Source: Candidatus Latescibacterota bacterium (GTDB lineage Bacteria > Latescibacterota > UBA2968 > GCA-2709665). From it: a stretch of 64,000 nucleotides of DNA. Location of the stretch: positions 4,384,001 to 4,448,000 of the forward strand of contig OZ242180.1 in NCBI GenBank assembly GCA_965205485.1. The letters are read 5' to 3'. Made by a program: the position numbers and the translations under genes. Below the pieces are notes generated by a model that saw only the letters and a list, made by a program, of their open reading frames with translations, made no database searches and was not told where the DNA came from. This document shows, in pieces, positions 36,746 through 46,094 of the stretch. Position 1 is the first letter of the stretch. Each line of letters opens with the position of its first letter.

Positions 36746-38092
36746 CTATCCTTCCCCCGCGCGCGCCCCGTCGTAGGTCTCTGTCTTGAAAAGCGCCCGC
36801 TGAAACGCGAGGTATTCGTCTTTTGTCATCGCCGGCTTGTAATCCCTGAGCAGACCCGCCGCAGTTTCACCCTCGCCGTAAAGCAGGTCTACCGCCATCA
36901 GCGCCAGCGATTTCGCGGGCGCAAGATATCCCATTTCCTTGTCCGAAATGTGCCAATCCGCGCTGTGCCCCACACCGTCCGCTCCCGCCATATAGGGATG
37001 GATCGCCGGCATGATGTGGGAAAGATCTCCCATATCGGTGGACCCCGTTCTGTGGGAGACCTCACAGACCTCGTCGTCGCCGAACAACGCCTTCGAATTC
37101 GCTTCAAATATCGCGCTCATCGCCGGATCGTTCCGAAGCGGCAGGTATCCCGGAAGCGTTTCGATTTCCACGCGCGCGCCCACCGCCATCGCCCCGGCGC
37201 GGATCGCGCGGTCGACCTTTTCGTTGGCGTCCAGCATGGCTTCGTTCGTCTTTCCCCTGACGTAGGTCTCCATCCGGACTTCCGCCGGCACCACGTTCAC
37301 GATATCTCCGCCCTTGGTGATAATCGGGTGCACTCGGATCGCGTCGCCATCCCGAAACGTCTCCCGCTGCGCGTGAATGGCCGCCAATGCGATCTGCGCG
37401 GCGTTCAACGCGTTGATTCCCCTGTGCGGCGCGCCCCCGGCGTGCGCGGCCTTGCCGATGAAGTGGATCATCTTCACCAGGCACCCGTTGCACGACTCGG
37501 AAATCGCCGCTTTCTTCATATTGTGGTCGCTGTGCGTGTGGATCATCGCCGCCACGTCGACGTCGTCGAAATGCCCGAGCCGGACGAGTTCCGGTTTCCC
37601 GCCCAGAAACTCCAGCTTTCCCTCCCTGACCAGTCCCATCCGGTACTCCACCTCGATATATTCTTCCGCCGGCACGGCGAAGAACACGACGTTTCCGGCC
37701 ATGGACTCCGCCGCACCGGTGTCCACCATCCCCATCATCGCCCCCAGCAGCCCGGCCATCTGGGCGTTGTGGCCGCACGCGTGGGCGGCGCCGGTATCGG
37801 GGTCCGCCATGGGATGGTCCGGTACGACGAGTGAATCCAGCTCCCCGATCAGGGCCACGGTCGGGCCGGGCTTCGCGCCCCGGAGGATACCCTTTACGCC
37901 CGTAATGCCAAGCCCGGTTTCGGGTGAAATCCCGAATTCCTCCATGGTGTCTTCCGCCAGCCTGGCGGTCTCGAATTCCTTGAATCCGGTCTCGGGGTGG
38001 GCCATGATGTGGTCCCCGATCCGCTCGATCTGTCCCCTGCGGCGGTCGATGGCCTCGCAGATCTTTCGCTTCAACGCCTCTTTGCCGTCCAT
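36746..38092 (-). CDS. M20 family amidohydrolase
   Basis: GAGG before ATG 38092; HPETGFKE, GELDSL, HACGH, PAEE, GSTDMGD. Confidence 0.92.
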   Translation of the reverse strand: MDGKEALKRKICEAIDRRRGQIERIGDHIMAHPETGFKEFETARLAEDTMEEFGISPETGLGITGVKGILRGAKPGPTVALIGELDSLVVPDHPMADPDTGAAHACGHNAQMAGLLGAMMGMVDTGAAESMAGNVVFFAVPAEEYIEVEYRMGLVREGKLEFLGGKPELVRLGHFDDVDVAAMIHTHSDHNMKKAAISESCNGCLVKMIHFIGKAAHAGGAPHRGINALNAAQIALAAIHAQRETFRDGDAIRVHPIITKGGDIVNVVPAEVRMETYVRGKTNEAMLDANEKVDRAIRAGAMAVGARVEIETLPGYLPLRNDPAMSAIFEANSKALFGDDEVCEVSHRTGSTDMGDLSHIMPAIHPYMAGADGVGHSADWHISDKEMGYLAPAKSLALMAVDLLYGEGETAAGLLRDYKPAMTKDEYLAFQRALFKTETYDGARAGEG

Positions 38093-38112
38093 GTGTTCCT
38101 CGTACGCGTCGT

Positions 38113-39162
38113 TCAACGGATCTTGACCAGCAGTACCAGCAGGATTGGCGTTACGAACGCCTGAAGCAGGATGAACCGCACGAGCACGTGGGTATTCGAC
38201 CAGCCGTTCTTGTGCCGGAAGTGATCGTGCAGCGGATAACGGACCGTCCTGAATATTCCGATTTTCAAAAACCGCAGAAACGCAACTTTCAGGAGCCCCG
38301 TGGCGCCGTTCACAAGAACCACGCCGGCGACGACCACGATCAGAAACGGATTGCCGCACGCCAGAACCAGGATCCCGAGCAGGAAGCCCATCGGCCGGGA
38401 GCCCGCGTCGCCCATGAGAACCGAACTGGGATACGCATTGTACCAGAGGTAGCCGGCCAGACATCCGGCCATGATAAATGCAAACAGCGCCCAGACCGCG
38501 CCATCCGGGTAATGCGGCACGAGCAGATACCTGGCGATGTCCCGGTGTCCCACGATCCCGTACAGAATCGTGGCCAGGTAGACGAATGCCATCACGCTCA
38601 AACTGCCCGACAGCCCGTCCACGCCGTCGGTACAGTTGGTGGCGTTGATTGAGACCCAGATCAGCAATGCGGCCCCGGGCACGAAAATCCACGGCGGAAC
38701 CGATACAGGCGTCTTCATCAGCGGCAGCCAGAGTTGAACGGGTTCCAGCTGACAGATGACCATGGCGCCCAGCAACGATATGCCCAGATCGATCGCGCCC
38801 ACGCGATACTCGCCCCATCCGCCCGGACTTCGATCGTCCAGAAACCCTGCCACCATCGCGAGCAGGACGCACCCGAGGATCTGCCAGTACTGGAATCCCG
38901 GCGGGAGGACGAGGATACATACGGCGACGTAGATCGGTATGAAGATGATGCCGGCGCCAACCGGTTTGCCGTGGCTCTGTTCGTTCTCGACGGCGTACTC
39001 CCGGCCCCGGTCCTTGGGCAGGCGCATCCACAGCCGGGGCAGCAGACGCCAGGTGAAGAACCCGGCCATCGCCGTGCCGAGGACGGCCAGAAACAGATAG
39101 GACGTCAACAGCCGAAGGGGTCCGTAAACGTCCGCGAAACGCTCTCCCAGCCAGAAAAGCAA
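38113..39162 (-). CDS. mraY: Phospho-N-acetylmuramoyl-pentapeptide transferase
   Basis: Polytopic; GFLDD, NATNCTDGVDGL, WYNAYP...MGDAGS, PLHDHF. TTG 39162 gives an MraY-like MLFWL start (ORF extends to 39189). Confidence 0.88.
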   Translation of the reverse strand: MLFWLGERFADVYGPLRLLTSYLFLAVLGTAMAGFFTWRLLPRLWMRLPKDRGREYAVENEQSHGKPVGAGIIFIPIYVAVCILVLPPGFQYWQILGCVLLAMVAGFLDDRSPGGWGEYRVGAIDLGISLLGAMVICQLEPVQLWLPLMKTPVSVPPWIFVPGAALLIWVSINATNCTDGVDGLSGSLSVMAFVYLATILYGIVGHRDIARYLLVPHYPDGAVWALFAFIMAGCLAGYLWYNAYPSSVLMGDAGSRPMGFLLGILVLACGNPFLIVVVAGVVLVNGATGLLKVAFLRFLKIGIFRTVRYPLHDHFRHKNGWSNTHVLVRFILLQAFVTPILLVLLVKIR

Positions 39163-39312
39163 ATCCGAATCCCTATCGATGTTCGCCAAAATGAGATTGC
39201 GCCCGATAAGGCTTGTACCCGGGCAACCGGCCAGTTAATCGCTGTTTTACCTGTCTTCGACAATGTAAGCCCATCCCGCGAAAAGGACAAGGGCTAGATG
39301 AAAATTCCGCGC

Positions 39313-39341
39313 TTGACAATTCGTGGCCGAGCTTCTATCTT
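39313..39341 (+). promoter_or_regulatory. sigma70 promoter for the metG leader
   Basis: TTGACA (39313-18), 17-nt spacer, TATCTT (39336-41). Confidence 0.75.
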
Positions 39342-39369
39342 TACGCGCACACAATAAGGGGTACTTTAA

Positions 39370-39528
39370 ATGAAATGCGTTCAGATTTCAGCAAACAAGC
39401 GCCATGTATCGGGGCGACCCTCAGCCTTAAGGCATGGCACGGCGTCGACTCGCGTCGCCGCGATTGCGATGTGCATGATGTCCTCCTTCTCTAACGGACA
39501 TCCCGCGGCGGAGCATTCCATGAATTGA
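39370..39528 (+). CDS. Putative Met-rich leader peptide (52 aa)
   Basis: AAGGGG upstream of ATG; MKCVQISANKRHVSGRPSALRHGTASTRVAAIAMCMMSSFSNGHPAAEHSMN*; ATG TGC ATG ATG at 39469-39480. Confidence 0.6.
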   Translation: MKCVQISANKRHVSGRPSALRHGTASTRVAAIAMCMMSSFSNGHPAAEHSMN

Positions 39529-39557
39529 ACTGAACGACATTGGTACCGTAATCGACC

Positions 39558-39596
39558 AACCCACCGCCGGCGGATCGGCGGTGGGTTTTTCCTTTT
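39558..39596 (+). terminator. Attenuator terminator upstream of metG
   Basis: AACCCACCGCCG-gcggat-CGGCGGTGGGTT then TTTCCTTTT, ending ~15 nt before the metG ATG. Confidence 0.85.
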
Positions 39597-39610
39597 CCAG
39601 AGGACTCGCC

Positions 39611-41047
39611 ATGAAGACCGCCTATGTATCGACGTCGATTCCCTACGTCAACGCCCGCCCACACGTGGGCTTCGCGCTGGAGCTCGTTCAGGCCGACGTG
39701 ATCGCCCGCTGGCGCCGGCTGCAGGGCGACGACACGTTCCTGCTGACCGGTACGGACGAGAACGCTTTCAAGAACGTGCAGGCCGCCGAGAGCGAAGGCC
39801 TGACCCCCCGGCAGCTCTGCTACCGGAACGCCGCTGTCTTCCGGGACCTCGCAAGGGCCCTCGATATCTCTTATGACGCTTTCATTCGCTCCTCCTCCGA
39901 CGCCCACTTCCGCGGGGCCTCCCGGTTCTGGACGGCCTGCCGGAAGGAGGATATCGTCCTCAGAAAATACCGGGGTCTGTATTGCGTGGGCTGCGAAGAC
40001 TTCTACTTGAAAAGGGATCTGGCCGACGGACGGTGCCCGGTACATGGCGTCGTTCCCGAGAACGTCAAGGAAACGAACTATTTCTTCCGCCTGTCCGCCT
40101 ATCAGAAGCTGCTGGAGACGCTGATAGCATCCGGGAAGCTTCGCATTCTCCCGGAAACCAGGCGAAACGAGGCGCTCGGGTTCATCCGCCAGGGCCTGCA
40201 GGATTTCAGCATCTCCCGCAATCGGGAAAGATCGGGAGGCTGGGGCGTGCCCGTGCCCGGTGACCCGACGCAGGTCATGTACGTGTGGTTCGACGCCCTG
40301 ACCAACTACCTCACCGGCCCCGGTTACGGTTCAAACGAAGGCAATTTCGAACGCTACTGGGAGAACTGCTCCCACAGGATCCACGTGATCGGCAAAGACA
40401 TCCTCAAATTCCACGCGATATACTGGCCGGCACTGTTGCTCTCAGCCGGCCTGCCGCTGCCCCGGACGATCTTCGTCCATGGACACCTGACCGTGGAGGG
40501 TCGCAAGATCGGCAAGTCGCAGGGCAACGCCGTGGATCCGTTCCCACTGATCCGGCGATACGGCGCCGACGCCCTCAGGTACTACCTGCTCCGCGCCGTA
40601 CGCTCAGGAGAGGACGGAGACGTATCGGAAGCCCGGCTCCGGGACCTCTACAACGCGGACCTGGCGAATGGCCTGGGGAACCTGGTGCGCCGGCTGGAGG
40701 CCCTCTGCGAGAGGTCCGGTCACGGTCCGGTGGATTCGTGCGACACCCGGATTTCGCCTGACCTTAGCGGCGCGCTGGACAGATTCGACTTTGCCGGCGC
40801 ACTCCGGACGATCTGGCAGCGAATCGGAAAGCTGAACCGCGAAATCGACGCGGCACGCCCCTGGGAATTTATGAAAAGACAGAAGGCCGGGAGGTTGTCT
40901 GAACACCTCACGGCCTGGGTCGGATCCGTTCTGGAAATTTCGCGGGTAATTAGACCCTTTCTTCCCGGTACTGCCAATAGAATCGAAACCGGTTTTTCGA
41001 AGTCCCGGATACAAAAAAGCCAGCCGCTTTTTCCAAGGCTGACATAA
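39611..41047 (+). CDS. metG: Methionine--tRNA ligase (short form, variant signature motifs)
   Basis: GAGG before ATG; SIPYVNARPHVGF, TGTDE, YCVGCE...CPVH, YVWFDAL, IGKDILKFH, KIGKS; no C-terminal tRNA-binding appendix. Confidence 0.92.
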   Translation: MKTAYVSTSIPYVNARPHVGFALELVQADVIARWRRLQGDDTFLLTGTDENAFKNVQAAESEGLTPRQLCYRNAAVFRDLARALDISYDAFIRSSSDAHFRGASRFWTACRKEDIVLRKYRGLYCVGCEDFYLKRDLADGRCPVHGVVPENVKETNYFFRLSAYQKLLETLIASGKLRILPETRRNEALGFIRQGLQDFSISRNRERSGGWGVPVPGDPTQVMYVWFDALTNYLTGPGYGSNEGNFERYWENCSHRIHVIGKDILKFHAIYWPALLLSAGLPLPRTIFVHGHLTVEGRKIGKSQGNAVDPFPLIRRYGADALRYYLLRAVRSGEDGDVSEARLRDLYNADLANGLGNLVRRLEALCERSGHGPVDSCDTRISPDLSGALDRFDFAGALRTIWQRIGKLNREIDAARPWEFMKRQKAGRLSEHLTAWVGSVLEISRVIRPFLPGTANRIETGFSKSRIQKSQPLFPRLT

Positions 41048-41048
41048 G

Positions 41049-41131
41049 AAAAGACTGCGAGAATACGAATAAACGAAACTACGAAAAGGCAAAACTACGA
41101 GACGACGAAACTGCAAGACTACGAAACTACG
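41049..41131 (+). repeat. Degenerate 8-bp tandem repeat (consensus ACGAAACT, ~10 units)
   Basis: ACGAAACT ACGAAAAG GCAAAACT ACGAGACG ACGAAACT GCAAGACT ACGAAACT between convergent metG and dnaJ. Confidence 0.75.
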
Positions 41132-41199
41132 CAAGACGCGAGAAGACGATCCCGCACCGTGTCCTTCGGCGTTGGATACTTATCCGCCCGTAACGGACG

Positions 41200-42357
41200 C
41201 TAAGCGCCAAATGCCCCCTTCATGCGTTCAAACAGACCCTTTCCACCCTCGGGAGGCTGGACGTTTTCAAAGTCGGCCAGCTGCCGGAAGAGCGCCTTTT
41301 CCTCTTCGTTGAGACGAGCGGGCGTCCAGACCATCACGCGTACCAGCTGGTCTCCGGTACCATACCCGTTCAACTCCGGTATCCCCTTGCCCTTCAGCCG
41401 AAAGACCTGCCCGGATTGGGTCCCCGCCGGGATCTTCATCTCGGCCCTGCTGTTCAGCGTGGGCACCGTGACCTCCGCGCCGAGCGCCGCCTGGCTGAAG
41501 CTTATGGGCAACTCGTAGAGTATATCGTTGCCGTGCCGCTCGAAATGCTCGTGCTCCGCCTCTTCGATCAGCACCATACAGTCGCCCGCGGTCCCGTCCC
41601 GCGGCCCGACGCTGCCCTGCCCCCGCAGCGGTATGTAGTTGCCGTCGGTGACGCCCGCCGGGATATTGACGGACAGACTGACGGTCTTCTTCGCCCTTCC
41701 CTCGCCGCCGCAGTCGGAACAGCGGTCGCCGATCACCTTGCCTTCGCCATTGCATTGGGGGCACGTGGTGACGTTCACGAACTGCCCGAACAACGACCTC
41801 GTAGCCTGGCGCACCTGCCCCATCCCGTTGCAGACGCTGCAGGTCCTGGCGGCCGCGCCGGACCGGGCCCCGCTTCCGGCGCATGTGTCGCACCTGTCCA
41901 TGCGGGCAAACCGGATCCTCTTCTGGACGCCCGACGCGATTTCCTCGAGCGTCAACCGGACCGGTATGCGGAGGTCTTCCCCACGCTGCGGGCCGCGCCG
42001 ACCCCCGCGACGGCCGAACAGATCGCCCAGAATCCCGCCGCCGAACACGTCGTCCAGGTTGGAAAAAATATCTTCGAAATCGGTCGCATGGGTGAAGTCG
42101 GACCACTGAAATCCGCCGCCCTGGAACGGACCGCCCAGGCCCGCGTGTCCGTACTGGTCGTAGACCTGGCGTTTCTGGGTGTCACCGAGGACCTCGTACG
42201 CTTCCGCGGCCTCCTTGAATCTCGCCGCGGCTTCTTCGTCGCCCGCGTTGCGGTCCGGATGATATTTCATCGCCTGCTTGCGATAGGCTTTCTTGATGTC
42301 GCCATCGGTCGCGCCGCGCTCCACGCCGAGAACGTCATAATAATCACGTTTGGACAT
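41200..42357 (-). CDS. dnaJ: Chaperone DnaJ
   Basis: KRDYYDVLGV, HPD, G/F region, four CxxCxGxG. Confidence 0.98.
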   Translation of the reverse strand: MSKRDYYDVLGVERGATDGDIKKAYRKQAMKYHPDRNAGDEEAAARFKEAAEAYEVLGDTQKRQVYDQYGHAGLGGPFQGGGFQWSDFTHATDFEDIFSNLDDVFGGGILGDLFGRRGGRRGPQRGEDLRIPVRLTLEEIASGVQKRIRFARMDRCDTCAGSGARSGAAARTCSVCNGMGQVRQATRSLFGQFVNVTTCPQCNGEGKVIGDRCSDCGGEGRAKKTVSLSVNIPAGVTDGNYIPLRGQGSVGPRDGTAGDCMVLIEEAEHEHFERHGNDILYELPISFSQAALGAEVTVPTLNSRAEMKIPAGTQSGQVFRLKGKGIPELNGYGTGDQLVRVMVWTPARLNEEEKALFRQLADFENVQPPEGGKGLFERMKGAFGA

Positions 42358-42408
42358 GACTCGTTCCTGTGGGGCAAAACAGACAACAGAGCCGGTTTCC
42401 GGCCCTGC

Positions 42409-43026
42409 TCAGGATTGCCGCGCTTCACTCTCCTTCTCGCCCTCTTCTTCGCTTCCGGACTCCTCTCCGGCGCTTCCTCCGCTCACGACGACCCTGGAGG
42501 GACGGATCACTTTCTCGCCAAGCCGGTACCCGCGTTCCACCACGGCCATCACGAGCCCTTCGGCGTGGTCTTCCGAAGTCATCTGCATCAGCGCTTCATG
42601 ATAATTGGGATCGAACGGCTGCCCCTCGGCTTCGATCTCGGAAAGCCCGCGTCGCTGGAGGACTTTGGGTAATTCCTCCATGATCATCGTCACACCCTGT
42701 TTGAACCCGTCGGACTCCTCATCGCCGTCGGCGCGGTGCTCCAGCGCGCGCGCGACCGAGTCGAGAACGGGCAGCAGATCCCGAATCAGGTTCTCACTGG
42801 CCGACTGAATCAGGGCATCGAACTCCCTCGTCCTCCGTTTCTTGTAATTGTCGAATTCGGCTGCCAGGCGTATCCACCGATCCTTGTACTCTTCGGATTC
42901 CCGAAGGGCTTCCTCGAGCGGGTCCGGCGCGTCTTCTTCGCCTGAAGCCTCGACGTCCCCGCCGCCTTCCGGTTCGGCGGTTTCCTCCTGTTTCTCCTCG
43001 CCGTTGACTTCGTCAGGGTTAACCAT
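42409..43026 (-). CDS. grpE: Nucleotide exchange factor GrpE
   Basis: RLAAEFDNYKKR, FDPNYHEA, GYRLGEKVIRPSRVVV; ATG 43026. Confidence 0.96.
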   Translation of the reverse strand: MVNPDEVNGEEKQEETAEPEGGGDVEASGEEDAPDPLEEALRESEEYKDRWIRLAAEFDNYKKRRTREFDALIQSASENLIRDLLPVLDSVARALEHRADGDEESDGFKQGVTMIMEELPKVLQRRGLSEIEAEGQPFDPNYHEALMQMTSEDHAEGLVMAVVERGYRLGEKVIRPSRVVVSGGSAGEESGSEEEGEKESEARQS

Positions 43027-43049
43027 ATTCGAGCGAGCAACCTCCTTGG

Positions 43050-44081
43050 CTAGTGATCCAGCATTTCCTCCGCCAGCGTCGCCATATAGCGGGTGAGGGG
43101 AATGAGTCTCGCATACGGGATGCGGGTGGGTCCGATCAGCCCGATGACCCCCGAAATGGCGCCAACGCGATAGCGCGACGTGAGCACGCTGCAACCCTGA
43201 AGTTGCGGCGGACCGTTTTCGGCGCCGATCGTCACGGAAATCCCTTCGTGTTCGGTCCGTTCGTCCAGAATCGTAATCATCGGCTCCCGGGCTTCGAGCA
43301 GCTCCATCAGGGCGGCGAGGTCGTCTTTCTTGCGGTTGAACTCGGGCTGCATGATAAAGTTGCCGGCGCCTCCGAAATGCAGATCCATACCGCTCTGAAA
43401 CCGGAAAAGGTTCGACGCGCTGTCGCACAGCACACGCAGAAGTCTGGGAGACCCGCCTGAGACCTCCCGGAGCCGATCCGCCACCGAATCCCGGATCTCC
43501 GCCACGCTGAGACCGGAAAGCCGTTCGTTTACCGCCCGCGACGTCTCATCCAGCTCGCCGGGCGAAATGGCCGAATCCACCTCCATGACCATCGTCTTCA
43601 CCAGCCCCGACTTGATTGCAAGCACCAGCAGCAGCCTGCCTTCAGACAGATGGACCATTTCGAGCCGGTCGAATATGCCCCGTTCGAACCTCGGCGAGAG
43701 GACCATTCCCAGGTTCATCGAGAGATCGGCGATCAATCTGGACATCTGCTCCAGCAAGGCCTCGATATCCCCCTCGCGGACGTATGCCCTTACCCGCTCG
43801 CGGATGCGATCACGCTCTTCCTCCTGGATTGTCTGCCTGGGCATCACTTTGTCCACGTAATAGCGGTAACCTTTGTCCGTGGGCACGCGGCCGGCCGAAG
43901 TGTGCGGATGGGTGAGCAGGCCCTTCTCCTCCAGGTCTGCCATGGAATTGCGTACCGTGGCGGAACTGAGACCCAGCCCGGACCTGGCGATGGCGCGCGA
44001 TCCGACTGGCTCTCCGGTATTGATATGCCTGCTGATGAGGATATTCAAAATCGCCGCTTCACGTTGTTGTAACTGCAACAT
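43050..44081 (-). CDS. hrcA: Heat-inducible transcription repressor HrcA
   Basis: EPVGS, SSATVRNSMADLE, PHTSAGRVPTDKGYRYYV, IGPTRIPY; start ATG 44081 or GTG 44090. Confidence 0.96.
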   Translation of the reverse strand: MLQLQQREAAILNILISRHINTGEPVGSRAIARSGLGLSSATVRNSMADLEEKGLLTHPHTSAGRVPTDKGYRYYVDKVMPRQTIQEEERDRIRERVRAYVREGDIEALLEQMSRLIADLSMNLGMVLSPRFERGIFDRLEMVHLSEGRLLLVLAIKSGLVKTMVMEVDSAISPGELDETSRAVNERLSGLSVAEIRDSVADRLREVSGGSPRLLRVLCDSASNLFRFQSGMDLHFGGAGNFIMQPEFNRKKDDLAALMELLEAREPMITILDERTEHEGISVTIGAENGPPQLQGCSVLTSRYRVGAISGVIGLIGPTRIPYARLIPLTRYMATLAEEMLDH

Positions 44082-44286
44082 ACGACCCACCTTCTCCTGG
44101 CGTCAGTAAGTGACCGCAGGGCCGGAGGAGATGCCCGCTGAGTGACGGATGATCCAAGGTGACTTTATCCAAGGGAGAGAGGACAACCTGAAAGGCGGCG
44201 TTCATTAGTATACGGTACGACAACGCCACACGGATGGCGGGGGCTGTCTCGGGTTTCGAAACCCGGCAGTCTGGATATTCCAAGAA

Positions 44287-44315
44287 ATGATAAACGAATG
44301 CAATTGCATTGTCAA
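44287..44315 (-). promoter_or_regulatory. sigma70 promoter of the hrcA operon with a palindrome in the spacer
   Basis: Minus strand TTGACA-17 nt-TATCAT; perfect palindrome AATGCAATTGCATT at 44297-44310. Confidence 0.75.
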
Positions 44316-44551
44316 GCCTTTTGCCGCAGAACCGGAACGGCTGCAATCCCCGTCGCCGCACCGGTAAAGAGACACTTTGATACCGCTCCGTACCTGCATT
44401 CGCCTCACACCGTGCGGCAACCGCTATTAACATATATTTAACATAATTGCAATCTGTACGAAATAAACGGCCCGTATATTTGCGCCGTTCCGGATTCGTC
44501 CTGACATATATGGAAACGATACAACGACTCACACGCGAAAGGAGCCGCGGC

Positions 44552-45970
44552 ATGGGCAAGACGCCTCAAGACGTCCTAGACATGATCAAGGAAAACAACG
44601 TAAAAATCGTGGATTTCCGCTTTACGGACTATCCGGGGCTCTGGCAGCACTTTTCGGTGCCGGCCGAGGAAGTCGAGGAAGACACCTTTGAGGACGGACT
44701 CGGCTTCGACGGCTCCAGCATGCGCGGCTGGCAATCCATCCATGAAAGCGACCTCCTCGTCATGCCCGAACCCGACACGGCCTTTGTCGATCCATTCCTC
44801 GAGATCCCCACGCTCGCGTTATTCTGCGAGATCCAGGATCCGATCACGAGAGGCCAATACACGCGGGACCCGCGGACCGTGGCGCGAAGGGCCGAGGTCT
44901 ATCTCAGGGAAACCGGCATTGCGGACGAGGCCACCTTCGGGCCGGAGGCGGAATTCTTCGTCTTCGACGATATCCGCTTCGACCAGACGAACAATACGGG
45001 CTACTATTACGTCGATTCGGTCGAAGGACGCTGGAATACCGGCCGTGACGAGCAGCCGAACCTGGGCTACAAGCCCCGGTACAAGGAGGGGTACTTCCCG
45101 GTACCGCCCACTGACAGCCTTCAGGATATCCGGAGTGAGATGGTCCTGCACATGATCAACTGCGGCATCGAGGTGGAAGCCCACCACCACGAGGTGGCGA
45201 CCGGCGGCCAGGCCGAGATCGATTTCCGGTTCGCGCCGCTGCTGTCCTGTGCAGACAAACTGATCCTGTACAAGTACATCGTCAAAAACACCGCGCGGAA
45301 ACACGGCCGGACCGCCACGTTCATGCCCAAGCCGCTCTTTCAGGACAACGGTACCGGGATGCACGTGCACCAGAGCCTCTGGAAAGACGGTGAACCCCTC
45401 TTCGCCGGTTCCGAATACGCCGGACTCAGCGACATGGCGCTGCACTACATCGGCGGAATCCTCAAGCATGCAAACGCGTTGCTGGCATTCGTCGCGCCGA
45501 CCACGAACTCCTACAAACGCCTGGTGCCCGGATACGAGGCCCCGGTCAACCTGGCCTACTCCAAGCGCAACCGCAGCGCGTGCGTCCGGATCCCGATGTA
45601 TTCCCCCAGTCCCAAGGCCAAGCGGATGGAGTTCCGTTGCCCGGACCCGTCCTGCAACCCCTACCTGGCCTTTGCGGCCATGCTCATGGCCGGCCTGGAT
45701 GGCATCCGGAACCGGATCGACCCGGGCGAACCGCTGGACATGGACCTCTATGAACTGGAACCGGAAGACATGGCCAGAGTTCCCCAGACGTGCGGATCGC
45801 TGGAGGAAGCCATCAACGCCCTCGAAGCCGATCACGATTTCCTTCTCGAGGGAGACGTCTTCACCAGAGACGTGGTCGACAGCTGGATTGACTACAAGCG
45901 CAAAAACGAAATCGACGAGATGCGACTGAGGCCGCATCCCTACGAATTCGCGCTGTATTTCGACGCCTGA
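44552..45970 (+). CDS. glnA: Glutamine synthetase type I
   Basis: AAGGAG RBS; FDGSS, HHEVA, MPKP...[16 protein letters not shown], adenylylation-site DLYEL. Confidence 0.98.
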   Translation: MGKTPQDVLDMIKENNVKIVDFRFTDYPGLWQHFSVPAEEVEEDTFEDGLGFDGSSMRGWQSIHESDLLVMPEPDTAFVDPFLEIPTLALFCEIQDPITRGQYTRDPRTVARRAEVYLRETGIADEATFGPEAEFFVFDDIRFDQTNNTGYYYVDSVEGRWNTGRDEQPNLGYKPRYKEGYFPVPPTDSLQDIRSEMVLHMINCGIEVEAHHHEVATGGQAEIDFRFAPLLSCADKLILYKYIVKNTARKHGRTATFMPKPLFQDNGTGMHVHQSLWKDGEPLFAGSEYAGLSDMALHYIGGILKHANALLAFVAPTTNSYKRLVPGYEAPVNLAYSKRNRSACVRIPMYSPSPKAKRMEFRCPDPSCNPYLAFAAMLMAGLDGIRNRIDPGEPLDMDLYELEPEDMARVPQTCGSLEEAINALEADHDFLLEGDVFTRDVVDSWIDYKRKNEIDEMRLRPHPYEFALYFDA

Positions 45971-46000
45971 TCCGGTACGGCACAATACTCGCACGACTCG

Positions 46001-46036
46001 AACAGGGGGCAGACACGCGCCCCCTGTTTCTTTGTT
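46001..46036 (+). terminator. Intrinsic terminator after glnA
   Basis: AACAGGGGGC...GCCCCCTGTT then TCTTTGTT. Confidence 0.65.
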
Positions 46037-46094
46037 CTGACTCAACAGGTGGCTGCCCGGCCGGCGGCCGGGGACAGAGGAAAGGGCAGGACAG

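Noticed and set aside
38093..39031. N-terminal extension of the 761-aa ORF 36746..39031
   Set aside because: Overlaps mraY in another frame; amidohydrolase homology and RBS begin at 38092.
39541..39547. T-box riboswitch (TGGTACC)
   Set aside because: The heptamer is present, but its flanks do not form the T-box antiterminator helix and no stem I/specifier loop is recognisable. The leader-peptide model fits better; an Rfam scan would settle it.
44100..44280. 6S RNA or SAM-I riboswitch
   Set aside because: Ends do not pair into the 6S rod and SAM-I core motifs are missing; kept only as a structured leader.
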